Assembly: GCA_963796105.1 (NCBI GenBank)
Contig: CAWCKJ010000002.1
Coordinates: 96,001-160,000 of the forward strand
Source: a candidate division FCPU426 bacterium
GTDB lineage: Bacteria; Oederibacteriota; Muellerivitia; Muellerivitales; Muellerivitaceae
Direction of reading: 5' to 3'
DNA: 64,000 nucleotides
The first letter of the stretch is position 1. Every line of letters begins with the position of its first letter. The position numbers and the translations under genes were made by a program. This document shows positions 37,650-48,402 of the stretch, one piece after another. Below the pieces are notes generated by a model. It had not been told where the DNA came from, did no database searches, and saw only the letters and a program-made list of their open reading frames with translations.

Positions 37650-38570
37650 TCAAACCCTTGTTTTTCGGGTGGCTAAAAGGACGTTCTGTAGCAGTTTGCG
37701 GCTGAATTCCTTGTCGCGGAAAGGCAACAGCCCCCCGTTGGGCGTGAAGGTGAACTCGCTGAAGTAAACCCCGTCCGGCAGGTCGTACAGATCCACCCGC
37801 ACGAAATCGAAGGGCTTGGACAGGTCGCTGGCGATTTTAAGCATTTGTTTCCAATGCCTGGGCTTTCTGGGCAGGGGATCTGGCAGGGGATTGATGTCGT
37901 CAATGGGGATATGGCGGAAGCCGGGGACCGTGAAAAGGGCCTGCCGGTGGTCAATGAAGCGGTCCTGGTCATATTGGCAGAAAAAGACCTTTCCCCGAGA
38001 GCAAAAGAGCCGGTAATCGGGGGGATTTCCGTCCCCCAGCATTTCCTCAATGATAATTTTCCAGGGAAGGCGCTTGTATTGAACCTCCCGGTCATTAAAA
38101 AAGAAATTCCTTTGGGCTGATTTATAAAGACGTTTCAATTCCTCAAAGCCGGACTTTTTTAAATAAATAACACCACCCGTGACATGGGTTGGCTTTGCCA
38201 CGAGGTTTTTCCCTTTATAGGGAAGAAGGAAGCGTTCCACGTCTGACAATTTGGTTTGTTTTGACAACTCCATGACGGCGATGGTGCGGGGCGCTTTGAC
38301 AGCGGGGCAAAGGGATTGGGCGATAAGTTTAGCGTTCTGCTTGTCCACGCAGATTTCGTGTAAAAGCGGGCAAGGACGGATTTTTCGTGAAAATATAAAG
38401 TCCTCAAAGGCTGCGTCCGGCGCGTGGATAGGTCTTGGAAAGCGCTTGTGATATTTGAGGAAAGGTCGAATGACGAATAACCAATTTAAAACCACGAAGT
38501 CAGGAAGGCATTTGGATATTGTTAATTTGGCCCAATTGAATAATGTGTGAATAATATTTTTCAATCGCAT
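37650..38570 (-). CDS. TupA-like ATP-grasp amidoligase
   Basis: DK, KPTH, IIIEE, DYR, FDFVRVDLY, YFSEFTFTP.GG. Confidence 0.88.
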   Translation of the reverse strand: MRLKNIIHTLFNWAKLTISKCLPDFVVLNWLFVIRPFLKYHKRFPRPIHAPDAAFEDFIFSRKIRPCPLLHEICVDKQNAKLIAQSLCPAVKAPRTIAVMELSKQTKLSDVERFLLPYKGKNLVAKPTHVTGGVIYLKKSGFEELKRLYKSAQRNFFFNDREVQYKRLPWKIIIEEMLGDGNPPDYRLFCSRGKVFFCQYDQDRFIDHRQALFTVPGFRHIPIDDINPLPDPLPRKPRHWKQMLKIASDLSKPFDFVRVDLYDLPDGVYFSEFTFTPNGGLLPFRDKEFSRKLLQNVLLATRKTRV

Positions 38571-38656
38571 TTAACCCTTAAAGTTAGAAGGACTGTTAAG
38601 TAACTTTATTTTGAAGATTATAAAGACGAATAATTTTAAAATTATAAAATCAATAA

Positions 38657-39757
38657 TCATCCCCCCATAAATGGATAGGGTTTTTCAATAGGTCTTTTTA
38701 TCAAATTTCCTTCGTTCCTTATTTTGTTAATCTTTGCACGTTCCCGGCCCTCTCTGGTTTTGTAAAGCTCCAAATCCCGGTACATGTCACATTTTGAGCA
38801 AGTAGAGTTCAATTGATCAGTTCCAAAACTCTTTCGGATATTTTTTAGTTTTTGGCCAATCCAAATTTCACTTAATCTCTCATCGTGTATGTTTCCGATG
38901 GAAAGATCTTTTTCTGAGTCCATAGCCGCGACGCATGAACACGCCAGCACTGTACCATCCCGCAAAACCATGGGGCCATTGTAGGTATTGACGCAGGGTT
39001 CTTTTTTCTTTCCCACAGTCCTTAATTTCATGGTTTTGGGCAGATTATCACTGGTGATACGCCCCCCTGCTGATGTGAAGGACCAGGTAAAATCAAATAA
39101 AGGTTTATATTTGCATATCTTTTGAAAATCCGGATGTTTTTCAACCTCAGCCAACGAAATATCTGGACGCAGGGCAATGGTAATTGGGATGGGAGTCGGC
39201 CTTTTTGAGTTTTCTTCCAAAAGGTTAACAACATTTTTAAGCATAATCTCATAAGAGGAGACGCGATAAACACGCTTATACATTTCTTTGTCGAATCCCG
39301 CCGTACTGATATTAACGAAACTTATGCCGGAATTCAAAAACTCGGTAACCCCGTGTTTGTGAAGCAGAATAGCGTTGGTAGTTACGATTATCCTATCTAT
39401 TTGTGGTAATGCCCTTAGGAATTTCACTCGTTTGATGAATTTCGGATCAATAAGAGCGTCTCCAACTATTGGTGTTAGATCCACCGATCCTCCACCGGTT
39501 TCACAAAAATCGCGAACTGCCTTATCGAATACTTCATCCGGCATAAATTCAGTACTACGTTCCTGGTACTGAAACGGGCAAAAAACACAATTTGCGTTAC
39601 AAAGATTTGTTAACTCCAAATGCAGTTCAAATGGTTTAATCTCAATTTGTGCCAAGGTGGCAGCAATCGGGAATAATTTGCCTACAAAAGCGTCAGTTTT
39701 GCGGGCTAAAATTCGGTAAATCTTATTTAAAAAGATTTTTGTCATTCCTAGTTCCAT
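38657..39757 (-). CDS. Radical SAM protein with SPASM/twitch domain
   Basis: CNANCVFC; C-terminal PC...DG.V..C...GNI....L.EIW...C..C. Confidence 0.9.
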   Translation of the reverse strand: MELGMTKIFLNKIYRILARKTDAFVGKLFPIAATLAQIEIKPFELHLELTNLCNANCVFCPFQYQERSTEFMPDEVFDKAVRDFCETGGGSVDLTPIVGDALIDPKFIKRVKFLRALPQIDRIIVTTNAILLHKHGVTEFLNSGISFVNISTAGFDKEMYKRVYRVSSYEIMLKNVVNLLEENSKRPTPIPITIALRPDISLAEVEKHPDFQKICKYKPLFDFTWSFTSAGGRITSDNLPKTMKLRTVGKKKEPCVNTYNGPMVLRDGTVLACSCVAAMDSEKDLSIGNIHDERLSEIWIGQKLKNIRKSFGTDQLNSTCSKCDMYRDLELYKTREGRERAKINKIRNEGNLIKRPIEKPYPFMGG

Positions 39758-39842
39758 TCCAAATGCTGAACAAAATTTCTGCGATTGTAAATCTAATAAT
39801 CAAAAACAGTGCTTATGAATTAATCACTTTTACGTTCAGAAT

Positions 39843-40637
39843 CTATTCTCTCATTTTGATTGTAATCATGAATTCATAAAAACTTTGAAGAACGCAATAG
39901 ACTAAGCCAGGGGTCCCATCCAGGAAACCACGTTTTAAAAAGTACAAGTAGATAAATTTGAGCATTGGACGGAATGGCATTCGAAAGGACAAAGCTTTTA
40001 GGAATTTCCTGCGCTCATAAGGATCTGAATTCAGAAAACCTTTCAAAGAAATTGGCGTATTAAGTGCTTTTATTCCCTCTGATGCCTCGAATGATGAATA
40101 TCGATTGTGTTTCGCGAACCATTCCTCCAAGCCCTTGCTGAAATTATAGTGGTCGAAATAATTTCTTAAATATCCATAAGAACCGGAAATGACCGGGGTT
40201 GGATTCACCAACCGCTCGAAACGGACATGCTTTGGCTTGAAAAATCGAAGGATATGGCTGGGTGGATAGGCGTGTTTGATCCATTTCCCCTGAAAAAAAT
40301 TCCGGCGCCCGCAGAAATACGCTACTTCTGTTCGAGTTGAATTGGCGGCAAGGGAAAGCAATTCATCTTTCAATTCAGGTGTCATCCGCTCATCGGCGTC
40401 CAGGTAAAAGACCCAGGGGTGGTTGAATTTGATGTTTTTCATGGCCCAATTTTGGTGAGAGGCCCAATTATCGAAAGATCTTTTGACTATCCGGCCATGC
40501 TTCTTTCTTGCCAATGAGATGGTTTTATCGGTGCTCCCTGAATCGAGTACGACGATATCATCGGACCAGGCCACTGAATCCAAACAGTCCTTGATATTGA
40601 TTTCCTCGTTTAAAGTAAGAATAAGTATGGAAATCAC
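39843..40637 (-). CDS. GT2 glycosyltransferase
   Basis: LTLNEE.NI, DSGSTD.T, LDADE, KHNRYS, GFLDG. Confidence 0.92.
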   Translation of the reverse strand: MISILILTLNEEINIKDCLDSVAWSDDIVVLDSGSTDKTISLARKKHGRIVKRSFDNWASHQNWAMKNIKFNHPWVFYLDADERMTPELKDELLSLAANSTRTEVAYFCGRRNFFQGKWIKHAYPPSHILRFFKPKHVRFERLVNPTPVISGSYGYLRNYFDHYNFSKGLEEWFAKHNRYSSFEASEGIKALNTPISLKGFLNSDPYERRKFLKALSFRMPFRPMLKFIYLYFLKRGFLDGTPGLVYCVLQSFYEFMITIKMRE

Positions 40638-42109
40638 TGGTTATTCACCTCGTATAAAACCCAGTTTTGACCACCGGGTAATGTGATTCTTTTTGCCGTT
40701 GCCAAGCGGTCCTTCACAGATTGAAGGATGAAACCAGGGATATCAGATGTTGTTTTATCCCCCAATGTTTTGACTTTATCGAGAGTGAAATTTTTGTATT
40801 CAAGCAAATCAACAAACAGTCGGATTTTTCCAACGGCTGATTGCATTTGGCTAATTTCCTCGGAATTAAAACTTTTTTTTGCCAGTATCGGATGAAAGTA
40901 TGAATATTTCCAAGGTGAGAATATTTTAGAATGGTAATAAATACCCGCCTCATTTCCCCATAACAGGACCTCACTATTTTTATAACCTTTATTATGGATA
41001 TAATCCACGGTTTCCCAATAGGATTGCCAGCGGGGCTTGGCGCGATCCACACGAGCGATGAAACGATAAAAGCCTAAAACGAAAACGATGAGAATAGCAA
41101 TGCCGAAAATTAATCGCCGGCCCATGAGAAACTGGGACAAATCATTTAGGCCCTCCGCGTGACGCAACACGCCAAAAACTAAAGGTATCATCGGGACTAA
41201 AAAATAGTGCGGGGTGGCTCTCCAGGATAGAGAAGATAAAGCCACCTCGATTACAAAAACCAGAGCCAAAAACAGATCTTTTTTATCAAAGAAGGTATTC
41301 CGTCGATAGATTGCGCCTATGTATAAAACTATGAAAGGGGAGAGATATAAAAGGCATTTGATGACGGAAATGAATCTCGATAAAAACGTAACGTCGGAAT
41401 AATGGAGGTTGTATTTGAGAACCGCGTCAATTAAGGCGGACCTGGAAGCAGGGTCCCAAAACCAAACTATAAAGGGAAACGAACCAATAACCAGACCCAT
41501 TAAAACATATAAGGTGGTTTTGATTGGTTTATTAGAAAATAGAATTAACCATACCAAGCATAATGCAGTCGATGCGCCTAAATTGGGGCGAAGCATTATT
41601 TGAGCGATGAGACCTACGGAAAGTGAAAAGGTAACAAGAAAACTCTTTTTATTTTTAATTAGCATGGCCAAAGCCCAAGCTTGGAACGGCAATGCCCATT
41701 GCTCAGTTAAATTCCCGCTTTGCACTAAAAAGGCGAATTCCAAGGAGAAAATTGACAAAATCAAGAAAATAGTCAGAGAGTTTGTTTTTGATTCATTCAC
41801 TATCAAGATAATCGGAATAAAGGTTAAAACCAAAAATAATAATTGAAGCCCCCATACTCCCCAATCACCCCCTAGAAATATACCAAGGGCGTTTATGGCG
41901 AATACGAGTGGCCCTTTGTGGTCCCAAAAATCAATATACGCCCTTTTGCCCTCAAGCAAACTCCAACCCGAGTAAAGAAATACCCCAGGGTCGCTTAAAG
42001 GGGCTTTGCGTAAAAGGGGAAAAAAAAGAGTTGCGAGTATTATTGCGAATACAAAACTTGAAGAAATGACCGGTATGCGGTCTCTGGCAAATAATCCTTT
42101 ATCAAACAT
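40634..42109 (-). CDS. GT-C (PMT/ArnT-like) polytopic membrane glycosyltransferase
   Basis: D.GVF.Y.G, Y.DFWDHKGP, NLTE, PHY; multiple TM helices. Confidence 0.75.
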   Translation of the reverse strand: MFDKGLFARDRIPVISSSFVFAIILATLFFPLLRKAPLSDPGVFLYSGWSLLEGKRAYIDFWDHKGPLVFAINALGIFLGGDWGVWGLQLLFLVLTFIPIILIVNESKTNSLTIFLILSIFSLEFAFLVQSGNLTEQWALPFQAWALAMLIKNKKSFLVTFSLSVGLIAQIMLRPNLGASTALCLVWLILFSNKPIKTTLYVLMGLVIGSFPFIVWFWDPASRSALIDAVLKYNLHYSDVTFLSRFISVIKCLLYLSPFIVLYIGAIYRRNTFFDKKDLFLALVFVIEVALSSLSWRATPHYFLVPMIPLVFGVLRHAEGLNDLSQFLMGRRLIFGIAILIVFVLGFYRFIARVDRAKPRWQSYWETVDYIHNKGYKNSEVLLWGNEAGIYYHSKIFSPWKYSYFHPILAKKSFNSEEISQMQSAVGKIRLFVDLLEYKNFTLDKVKTLGDKTTSDIPGFILQSVKDRLATAKRITLPGGQNWVLYEVNNQ

Positions 42110-42749
42110 TCTTGATTATTCTTTTTGCGATTTTTTGGGCGGGGTTTCCACCGGCGATTGTCCATGGATCTACATTGTGAACGACCACAGCTCGAGCGGC
42201 TACTACCGCGCCATCTCCAATCTTGATCCCGGGTCCGATATAGGCTTCCGCGGCAATCCAGGCCTTTTCACCGATAAAAATGGGGGCGGTTAACAAATCA
42301 AAGGTTGAGGAACGAATATCATGAGTCGCGGTACATAAGAATGTTCTTTGGCTGACTGTAGTCCAAGCGCCAATAGTTATCCTATCCACGCAATAACAAT
42401 CAACTCCTGGGGCTAAACTTGAGCCTTCCGCCATTGTGAGATTCCACGGTGCCCAAATGCGAACACTGGGATAAATATGAACATGGGGGCCGATATATGC
42501 GCCAAATAGTTGTAATAGCATTCTCCGCCAGCCATGGAAGGGAATAGGCGATGGACGAAATAAAATCATCCAAATCAAACCCCATAAAATACGGATAAAT
42601 CTTGAGCCAAAATCAAAATGGCTTGAATAAGCATGAAGTTTTAAGGAATCCAATGAGTCATTTGATTTGGTGTTCAAAACAATTTCCTTACCTTTGAAAA
42701 TTATTCGGGTAATAAAAAAGGTGGTTTTATGCCTTTGCCCAAGATCCAT
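42102..42749 (-). CDS. wcaF: WcaF-like acetyltransferase
   Basis: LFRPSP..WRR.LL.LFGA.IG, WAPWNL, SQ..FLCTATHD, hexapeptide repeats; start probably internal. Confidence 0.88.
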   Translation of the reverse strand: MDLGQRHKTTFFITRIIFKGKEIVLNTKSNDSLDSLKLHAYSSHFDFGSRFIRILWGLIWMILFRPSPIPFHGWRRMLLQLFGAYIGPHVHIYPSVRIWAPWNLTMAEGSSLAPGVDCYCVDRITIGAWTTVSQRTFLCTATHDIRSSTFDLLTAPIFIGEKAWIAAEAYIGPGIKIGDGAVVAARAVVVHNVDPWTIAGGNPAQKIAKRIIKNV

Positions 42750-43861
42750 TCATATAATATTTTCATTTTTTTACCGGTGGATTTCCATGTGTATTTGGAC
42801 TCAACCAATTTTCGACCCCTGAGTCCCATATTCTGGAGTTCTTTTCCAGATATTTCAGTAGCCTTTCTCAAAGCTTGCGATAAAGATTCCGAACCGATAG
42901 GGATCCACCAACCGCAATCATGGGTATTCAGTTCTTCCCAAGGTGTTCCTTGGGTCGTAATGACTGGAATTCCATGAGCCAGGGCCTCTGTGACCGCGTT
43001 CCCGAAATTTTCATTGAAAGAGGGTAGGATAAACAAATCTGATTTTCGATAAAGATTCGATAATTCTTTTCCATAAACCGGGCCGAGATATACAAAATCA
43101 TCTTTCAAACCATATTTTTGAATTACTTTTTGGATGACGGCCATATATCCATTTTCATCCGGGCCTACCAAGATCATCCGCCAGTTTATCGGTCTGACCT
43201 CGGCCCATGCTTTAACGAGGTTTAATAAACCTTTTTTGGGGTGGATACGGGAGACGAAAAGAGCTGTTTTGGTTTTTCTTTTTTTAAAACGCGGATTTTG
43301 ATATTTGGGGATGATCACGCCATGGGGAATAACAGCGATTGCCCCCCTATACCCGAATTTTCTCAAGTCTTCACCCTCGCTTTTGGAAGTGACATGAATG
43401 GCTTTGGCGTTTTCCAAATCTTTTTGTTGATAGAGCCGCCAGGCGAGTTTTTTCTTTAAGTTTTTGTATTGGAAACTCCATTGTGTCAGCATCCCATGGG
43501 GGGTGACAACCATGGGTATTTTTAACTTTTGGGATATTTTGGAGATTGAATGGTTAATGGGCAACCAAACGCCATGATTGTGTATTAAATCAATATTTTC
43601 TTTAACGCAGATTTGCTCGAGCGTTAAATCCAACTGTGGTGAATAAAATTTATTAGAAAAAATAGAGCGAGTACTATTGATTGATATGAGTTTGACCGCG
43701 GTTTCATCTAAAAAATCTGATGTTTCTTCTTTATCTTTTTGAATGGTTACTAAAATTCTTTTGACTTTAAGTTTTGCTAATTCATTACTCCAGGATGGAA
43801 CGCTATAGGAAGTTCCCCCTCCGGATTTAGATAAACCTCCAACAACTGCCAAAGTATTCAT
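42701..43861 (-). CDS. GT4 glycosyltransferase
   Basis: TPHGML, SRIHPKKGL, ENFG.AV.EALA.G.PVI. Confidence 0.92.
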   Translation of the reverse strand: MNTLAVVGGLSKSGGGTSYSVPSWSNELAKLKVKRILVTIQKDKEETSDFLDETAVKLISINSTRSIFSNKFYSPQLDLTLEQICVKENIDLIHNHGVWLPINHSISKISQKLKIPMVVTPHGMLTQWSFQYKNLKKKLAWRLYQQKDLENAKAIHVTSKSEGEDLRKFGYRGAIAVIPHGVIIPKYQNPRFKKRKTKTALFVSRIHPKKGLLNLVKAWAEVRPINWRMILVGPDENGYMAVIQKVIQKYGLKDDFVYLGPVYGKELSNLYRKSDLFILPSFNENFGNAVTEALAHGIPVITTQGTPWEELNTHDCGWWIPIGSESLSQALRKATEISGKELQNMGLRGRKLVESKYTWKSTGKKMKILYEWILGKGIKPPFLLPE

Positions 43862-45126
43862 TTATGATTTCTTTTGAAGTCGGTATTTTGATTAAGGGTA
43901 TATTGCCTCTTAAGAAGTTTTTGTTGAATGACGCAAAAAATATAAAAAGCGAAAATAGGAAAAGCTAAATTGCTTAAGATATATCCTTCGAAGATGGCTC
44001 CGATGAAATAAGCAATAAAACTGGCGAAAATCATTTGGGCGAGATTTATCATATGTGGATCGCCGGTAGTTTGCCGTAAGCCGCGGTAAGAAGTTTTTAA
44101 GGCGGAAAACGCCAGCAAAGTCACGAGCACAAGTCCGAAAAATCCTCCGCGCGCGGCAATGAGAAGGTAAGAACTTACCGACTCTTTGATTTCGTCCAAA
44201 GGAGCGCCGAAAGCAGGTTTACTAAGAAAGGTATTCATGAGGTTTGACCAATGAGAACTGCGGGTATCCTGGGCCGAAAAAATATGGGTAAGGGCGGTGG
44301 AAAAATTGGGGTAAACCAATGTCACTACATATATGGCGAGAATCGTGGAAATTATTATTATTTGCGTTATTAACCGTAAATTCCTGTGGAAATAAAATAT
44401 GAAAGCGATGAACAACATTACAAAACCTGTTCTTGATCCAGTCCAAATGAGGAAGATGAAAAATAGTGTCTCGATTAGATACCAGATAATCGGTTTTAAC
44501 CTTCCACTGGCGGTTTTGGCCATCCAGTGACAAGGTAAAATCAATAAAGCCAGTATGACAGCCGCGTGTTGGGGACTACCGGTGGTTCCGAATAAACGTC
44601 CTTGCCAAATGATTGCGGTGGGATTTAAAAAGAGTTGAGTAGATGAAAAAAGAAGAAAAATTATGCCGCTTCCCACAAAACTCCTTATCAAATCCCGCAT
44701 ATTCTCACCGGATTGGATCCAACTCGGTAGATTCATGGCAAAGACCAGGAATAGCAGGAAATTGAGGATAAGGCGTATTAACGAATCTGATTCATTGCCC
44801 CTGAATAATTCTAGAAAATTAATGTAAAACTGGAGAAAAAAGAAAAGGATAACAGGCGCAAAAACATTTCGGGTCATTTTCTTATTTTTCAAGAAGAAAA
44901 ATAAAAAAAGGGCTAATAAGCACCCGACGCTAATTGGGCGGCTTAAATTCCTGAGTGTTTCAAGTGGACGGATGAGGTGATTGTCCAAGCCTTGGATACC
45001 GGTCGTTTCCATCGAGGAAAGATATACGGTAAATGAAAGGACAAGCCATTTGGCTTTCGGGAAAAATAAAAGAATGGGGTAAGTGAAGAGGCCGAACAAA
45101 AGGAGAACTTCTATCATTTTTTGCAT
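43858..45126 (-). CDS. Wzy polymerase / O-antigen ligase family membrane protein
   Basis: Many TM helices; GRLFG, TGSRTG, R..HW...P.FG. Confidence 0.7.
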   Translation of the reverse strand: MQKMIEVLLLFGLFTYPILLFFPKAKWLVLSFTVYLSSMETTGIQGLDNHLIRPLETLRNLSRPISVGCLLALFLFFFLKNKKMTRNVFAPVILFFFLQFYINFLELFRGNESDSLIRLILNFLLFLVFAMNLPSWIQSGENMRDLIRSFVGSGIIFLLFSSTQLFLNPTAIIWQGRLFGTTGSPQHAAVILALLILPCHWMAKTASGRLKPIIWYLIETLFFIFLIWTGSRTGFVMLFIAFIFYFHRNLRLITQIIIISTILAIYVVTLVYPNFSTALTHIFSAQDTRSSHWSNLMNTFLSKPAFGAPLDEIKESVSSYLLIAARGGFFGLVLVTLLAFSALKTSYRGLRQTTGDPHMINLAQMIFASFIAYFIGAIFEGYILSNLAFPIFAFYIFCVIQQKLLKRQYTLNQNTDFKRNHK

Positions 45127-45200
45127 GATTGTTTTTTAACTTTCAATGAAATGTTGATTCGCGCAAGAATTATTGATTTTCTTGAAACATATTCACTGCT

Positions 45201-46370
45201 TTACCTTTTTGCCAGTAAATATAAAAACACCGAATCAATTAAGTTTGGCTTTTTTCTTATCGATAACAAAGCCTTTTCCATCGTTTTATGAGCGCCTTGG
45301 GCAAAACGGTTAGGCCCCCATTTGGAGATGATTTTAAGGCCGTTAGATGCCCATGTCTTTCGCAATTTATTATCACTTGCCAGTTTCACCATTAACGCTG
45401 ATAAAGATTCAGCGTCACCAGGGGAGAAGGTAGTTCCCGTGTTTTTATCCATTACCAATTCCGGCGCGCAACCACAAATATTTGAGATGATGACAGGCGT
45501 GCCGCAAGCCATACTCTCATTTACGACCAAACCCCAAGGTTCGATTTTACTGGGTAGGATTGTGGCGGCCGCCAGACTATAAATCGCTGGTAAGTTTTCA
45601 TAACCGCATTTACCTAAAAAATGAATATTATTTTCAATTTTCAAATTGCTTGCTTGTGCTTTCAATTTTTCTAATAGGGGTCCATGACCGGCAATGACCA
45701 AATGCCATTGATTTCCAAGACCTTGATTAATAGCGTTAGAAAAAGCCTGGATTGCTGTACTTATGTTTTTTTCTTCGGAAAGGCGGGCGACAATTAAAAA
45801 ATATTTTTCCGGCAAATTTAAACGTTTTCGTGTTTGGCTTCTTTTAAGCCGGGCTGATTGGGCTTGTTTAAAAAAATAAGTGTTGTCCACGACATAAAAA
45901 CCTTTTTGAATGCCGCCTCGAAAACCGAGCTCAATCAAGTATTTTTCCTGCGAGACGCCCGCGACTAACGCCGCGGAAAATAAGTTCACGATCCTGGATT
46001 TGACCCATTCCCCCAAAAAATTCCTAGGCCGGTCCATTTCCGTCGTATCGCTCATGACGATAGACGGCACTTTATTCTTCAAACACCACCCCAAAGCCCG
46101 TAAAGAAAATGGCGAAAACCAGCCCAATATAAACAGGGCATCAGGCTGTAATGTGTTTAACCAAGTGAATAACTCATGACAGGATTCGGAATTCGTGTCA
46201 TCAAACAATCTGGCCTTCAGGCCCCCTGAAAAATCACTTGTTTCATAAGCCACTTTTTTGTTTTTGTTGCTGAAAATTCCCACATGTAATGATACGAGCT
46301 TGGATAATGCTTTAATTCGGGCCCAATGATAGGGACCCGCGTTATTGAATAATAGAACGACTTTTTTCAT
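45201..46370 (-). CDS. GT4 glycosyltransferase
   Basis: GPYH.AR, VVDN.YF, ARL..EKN, EPWGLVVNESMACG.PV. Confidence 0.92.
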   Translation of the reverse strand: MKKVVLLFNNAGPYHWARIKALSKLVSLHVGIFSNKNKKVAYETSDFSGGLKARLFDDTNSESCHELFTWLNTLQPDALFILGWFSPFSLRALGWCLKNKVPSIVMSDTTEMDRPRNFLGEWVKSRIVNLFSAALVAGVSQEKYLIELGFRGGIQKGFYVVDNTYFFKQAQSARLKRSQTRKRLNLPEKYFLIVARLSEEKNISTAIQAFSNAINQGLGNQWHLVIAGHGPLLEKLKAQASNLKIENNIHFLGKCGYENLPAIYSLAAATILPSKIEPWGLVVNESMACGTPVIISNICGCAPELVMDKNTGTTFSPGDAESLSALMVKLASDNKLRKTWASNGLKIISKWGPNRFAQGAHKTMEKALLSIRKKPNLIDSVFLYLLAKR

Positions 46371-46394
46371 GTGAAACCCCGTGATAAACCTTTT

Positions 46395-47357
46395 TTAAGT
46401 TGTTCGATCTGATTTATGGTCGATGGATTGATTCATGCTGGGAGAGGACTCATATTCCTTAAAGTAGGTATTTTTCCCAAATAACGTGCTGAGTTGTCCA
46501 CAAGCCCCGCAAATATAAGTCAGCAATCTAACAAAGGCGGGAAAGGATAAAATAAGGTAAATAGGCGTGATCAATATACCCCCAAGTATTTGGGTGATTT
46601 TTAACATCAACCAATATAATTTTCGGGGAAGGGAATACTCTTTCATATAAATCCTCGCGTTAGTTTGGCCACTGCGGAAACCGCGTCTGCAAACCCAGCC
46701 GATTGTCAGGCGCTGATTCGGCACAGGTTCATTCACGATTCCTTCATTTCCCTGGATCAATTTTCCGCCTAATTTCGATAAACGATAAAAGAATTCCGTA
46801 TCCCCTCCGCCTGTCAACCCATAGGCCGGATCGAATAACTGGGGGGGAGTTCCCAATGCCGCGGCGTGAATGAGTACATTTGAGGTATAACCGGTGGTAA
46901 CCACTTTTCCAGTTACCAATATAGGCCTAACGAAGCAGGGATGGCTTTTGGCCCATTTTGGGGCATTTCCCGGTAGAATGCTTTGTACTTTACCAAACAC
47001 CACATCCACGTTGGACTTATTCATGGCATTAAACAATTCCATAAGCCAATTCGGTTCCGCGATTTCGTCATCGTCGATAAAAGCGAAGTATTCGGATTTG
47101 ACGTTTTGGATAGCCCGATTGCGGGCGTAGGAAATGCCTTGCCGTGGCTCTATATCATAAATGACATCAAAAGTAGAATTGGTTTTGAATGTTTCAGCAA
47201 CACTTCGGGCGCTTGCCGCGGAATCATTATCCACTACGATAACTCGCATGTTTAAACCCGTTAACTTTTGTCCGGCTAGGGAAACCAATAAATTCTTAAG
47301 CCCATTGGGCCGTTTGTAAGTCGCGATACAAACATCAATTGTTAATTTATGGTTCAA
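46395..47357 (-). CDS. GT2 glycosyltransferase (ExoM-like)
   Basis: CIATYKRP, VVDND, GISYARN, FIDDDE, TGGGDT.FF. Confidence 0.9.
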   Translation of the reverse strand: MNHKLTIDVCIATYKRPNGLKNLLVSLAGQKLTGLNMRVIVVDNDSAASARSVAETFKTNSTFDVIYDIEPRQGISYARNRAIQNVKSEYFAFIDDDEIAEPNWLMELFNAMNKSNVDVVFGKVQSILPGNAPKWAKSHPCFVRPILVTGKVVTTGYTSNVLIHAAALGTPPQLFDPAYGLTGGGDTEFFYRLSKLGGKLIQGNEGIVNEPVPNQRLTIGWVCRRGFRSGQTNARIYMKEYSLPRKLYWLMLKITQILGGILITPIYLILSFPAFVRLLTYICGACGQLSTLFGKNTYFKEYESSPSMNQSIDHKSDRTT

Positions 47358-47385
47358 AATCTTTTTCCCTTGTAAATGAATCGAT

Positions 47386-48402
47386 TCAGTTTATTTCCGG
47401 AATTTGGACTGATTTCGTGCGTATTCTTGTGATTGTTTTCCAAAGCCAATGGTTATTGACCCAAAATCTTAAAAATAATCGGGCGATCTTGGGTGAATTT
47501 CGCAACAAATATACGCCAGCAATGCCAAGCTTCATCCTGAATGAAGGAATGGTGAATAGCGCTTGCCAATTCCATTCTTGGAACCCATCAAACCCATCGC
47601 AACTCTTCATTAATTTTTCAACTTTGGAAACCATCTCTACTCGGCTCCGGTAGATGGATATACTTTCAGGGTTACATCCCTTGGATTCAGCGAATTCAGC
47701 CACGTATTTTTGCCCCATCAGCACTTCTTTGGTTCTCGCCGAGAAAATTCCGACTCCAGAGCGATAGATGCCCAGGTATTCATCGATATACCCAACAGAA
47801 CCACATAGGGCGCGGTCAATATACAATAGCCTGTCTATGATTGGCTTCTCAGATTCCCATAAAGTTTGACGGTTTTTCCGAAACATGGTGGAACTGTTCA
47901 CGAAAGGCAGTCTTTTTAATAATAAGTCATCAACGGATAATGAATTCCACGCGATTCCCAATTCCAGGGGAATAAAACTTCCATCCGGGTTCAATTGCCA
48001 TACTTTATGCCCAACCATGCTGAAATCCGGGTGGGAGTCCAAATAATCAGCCTGCCTCTGGAGTTTTCCTGGGAGCATCTTGTCATCCCCATCACATTGG
48101 GCGATATAGGCGCCCTTGGACCGGCGGTATAAATCCAGGACATTATTGGAGGAACCGATGTTTTTCTTCCGCCAAATAGGGATAACCAAATTCGGGAACC
48201 GGCCCGCGTAATCCTTCAAAACACGCCGTGACGGCAAATCAGTCGAGGAATCATCCCCGACCAAAATCTCAAATGGGAAGCTTGTTTTCTGCGTGACAAT
48301 ACTTTCCAGGCATTCAGCCAGCCAATTCCCTTGGTTAAAAGTGGGAACGGTGACAGTCACCTTTGGCTTGGAAATATTTTTGCCATTATTCGCCTTCGGC
48401 AC
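47386..48402 (-). CDS. GT2 glycosyltransferase
   Basis: PTFNQ, GDDSSTD, CDGDD, KLQRQ. Confidence 0.9.
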   Translation of the reverse strand: MPKANNGKNISKPKVTVTVPTFNQGNWLAECLESIVTQKTSFPFEILVGDDSSTDLPSRRVLKDYAGRFPNLVIPIWRKKNIGSSNNVLDLYRRSKGAYIAQCDGDDKMLPGKLQRQADYLDSHPDFSMVGHKVWQLNPDGSFIPLELGIAWNSLSVDDLLLKRLPFVNSSTMFRKNRQTLWESEKPIIDRLLYIDRALCGSVGYIDEYLGIYRSGVGIFSARTKEVLMGQKYVAEFAESKGCNPESISIYRSRVEMVSKVEKLMKSCDGFDGFQEWNWQALFTIPSFRMKLGIAGVYLLRNSPKIARLFLRFWVNNHWLWKTITRIRTKSVQIPEIN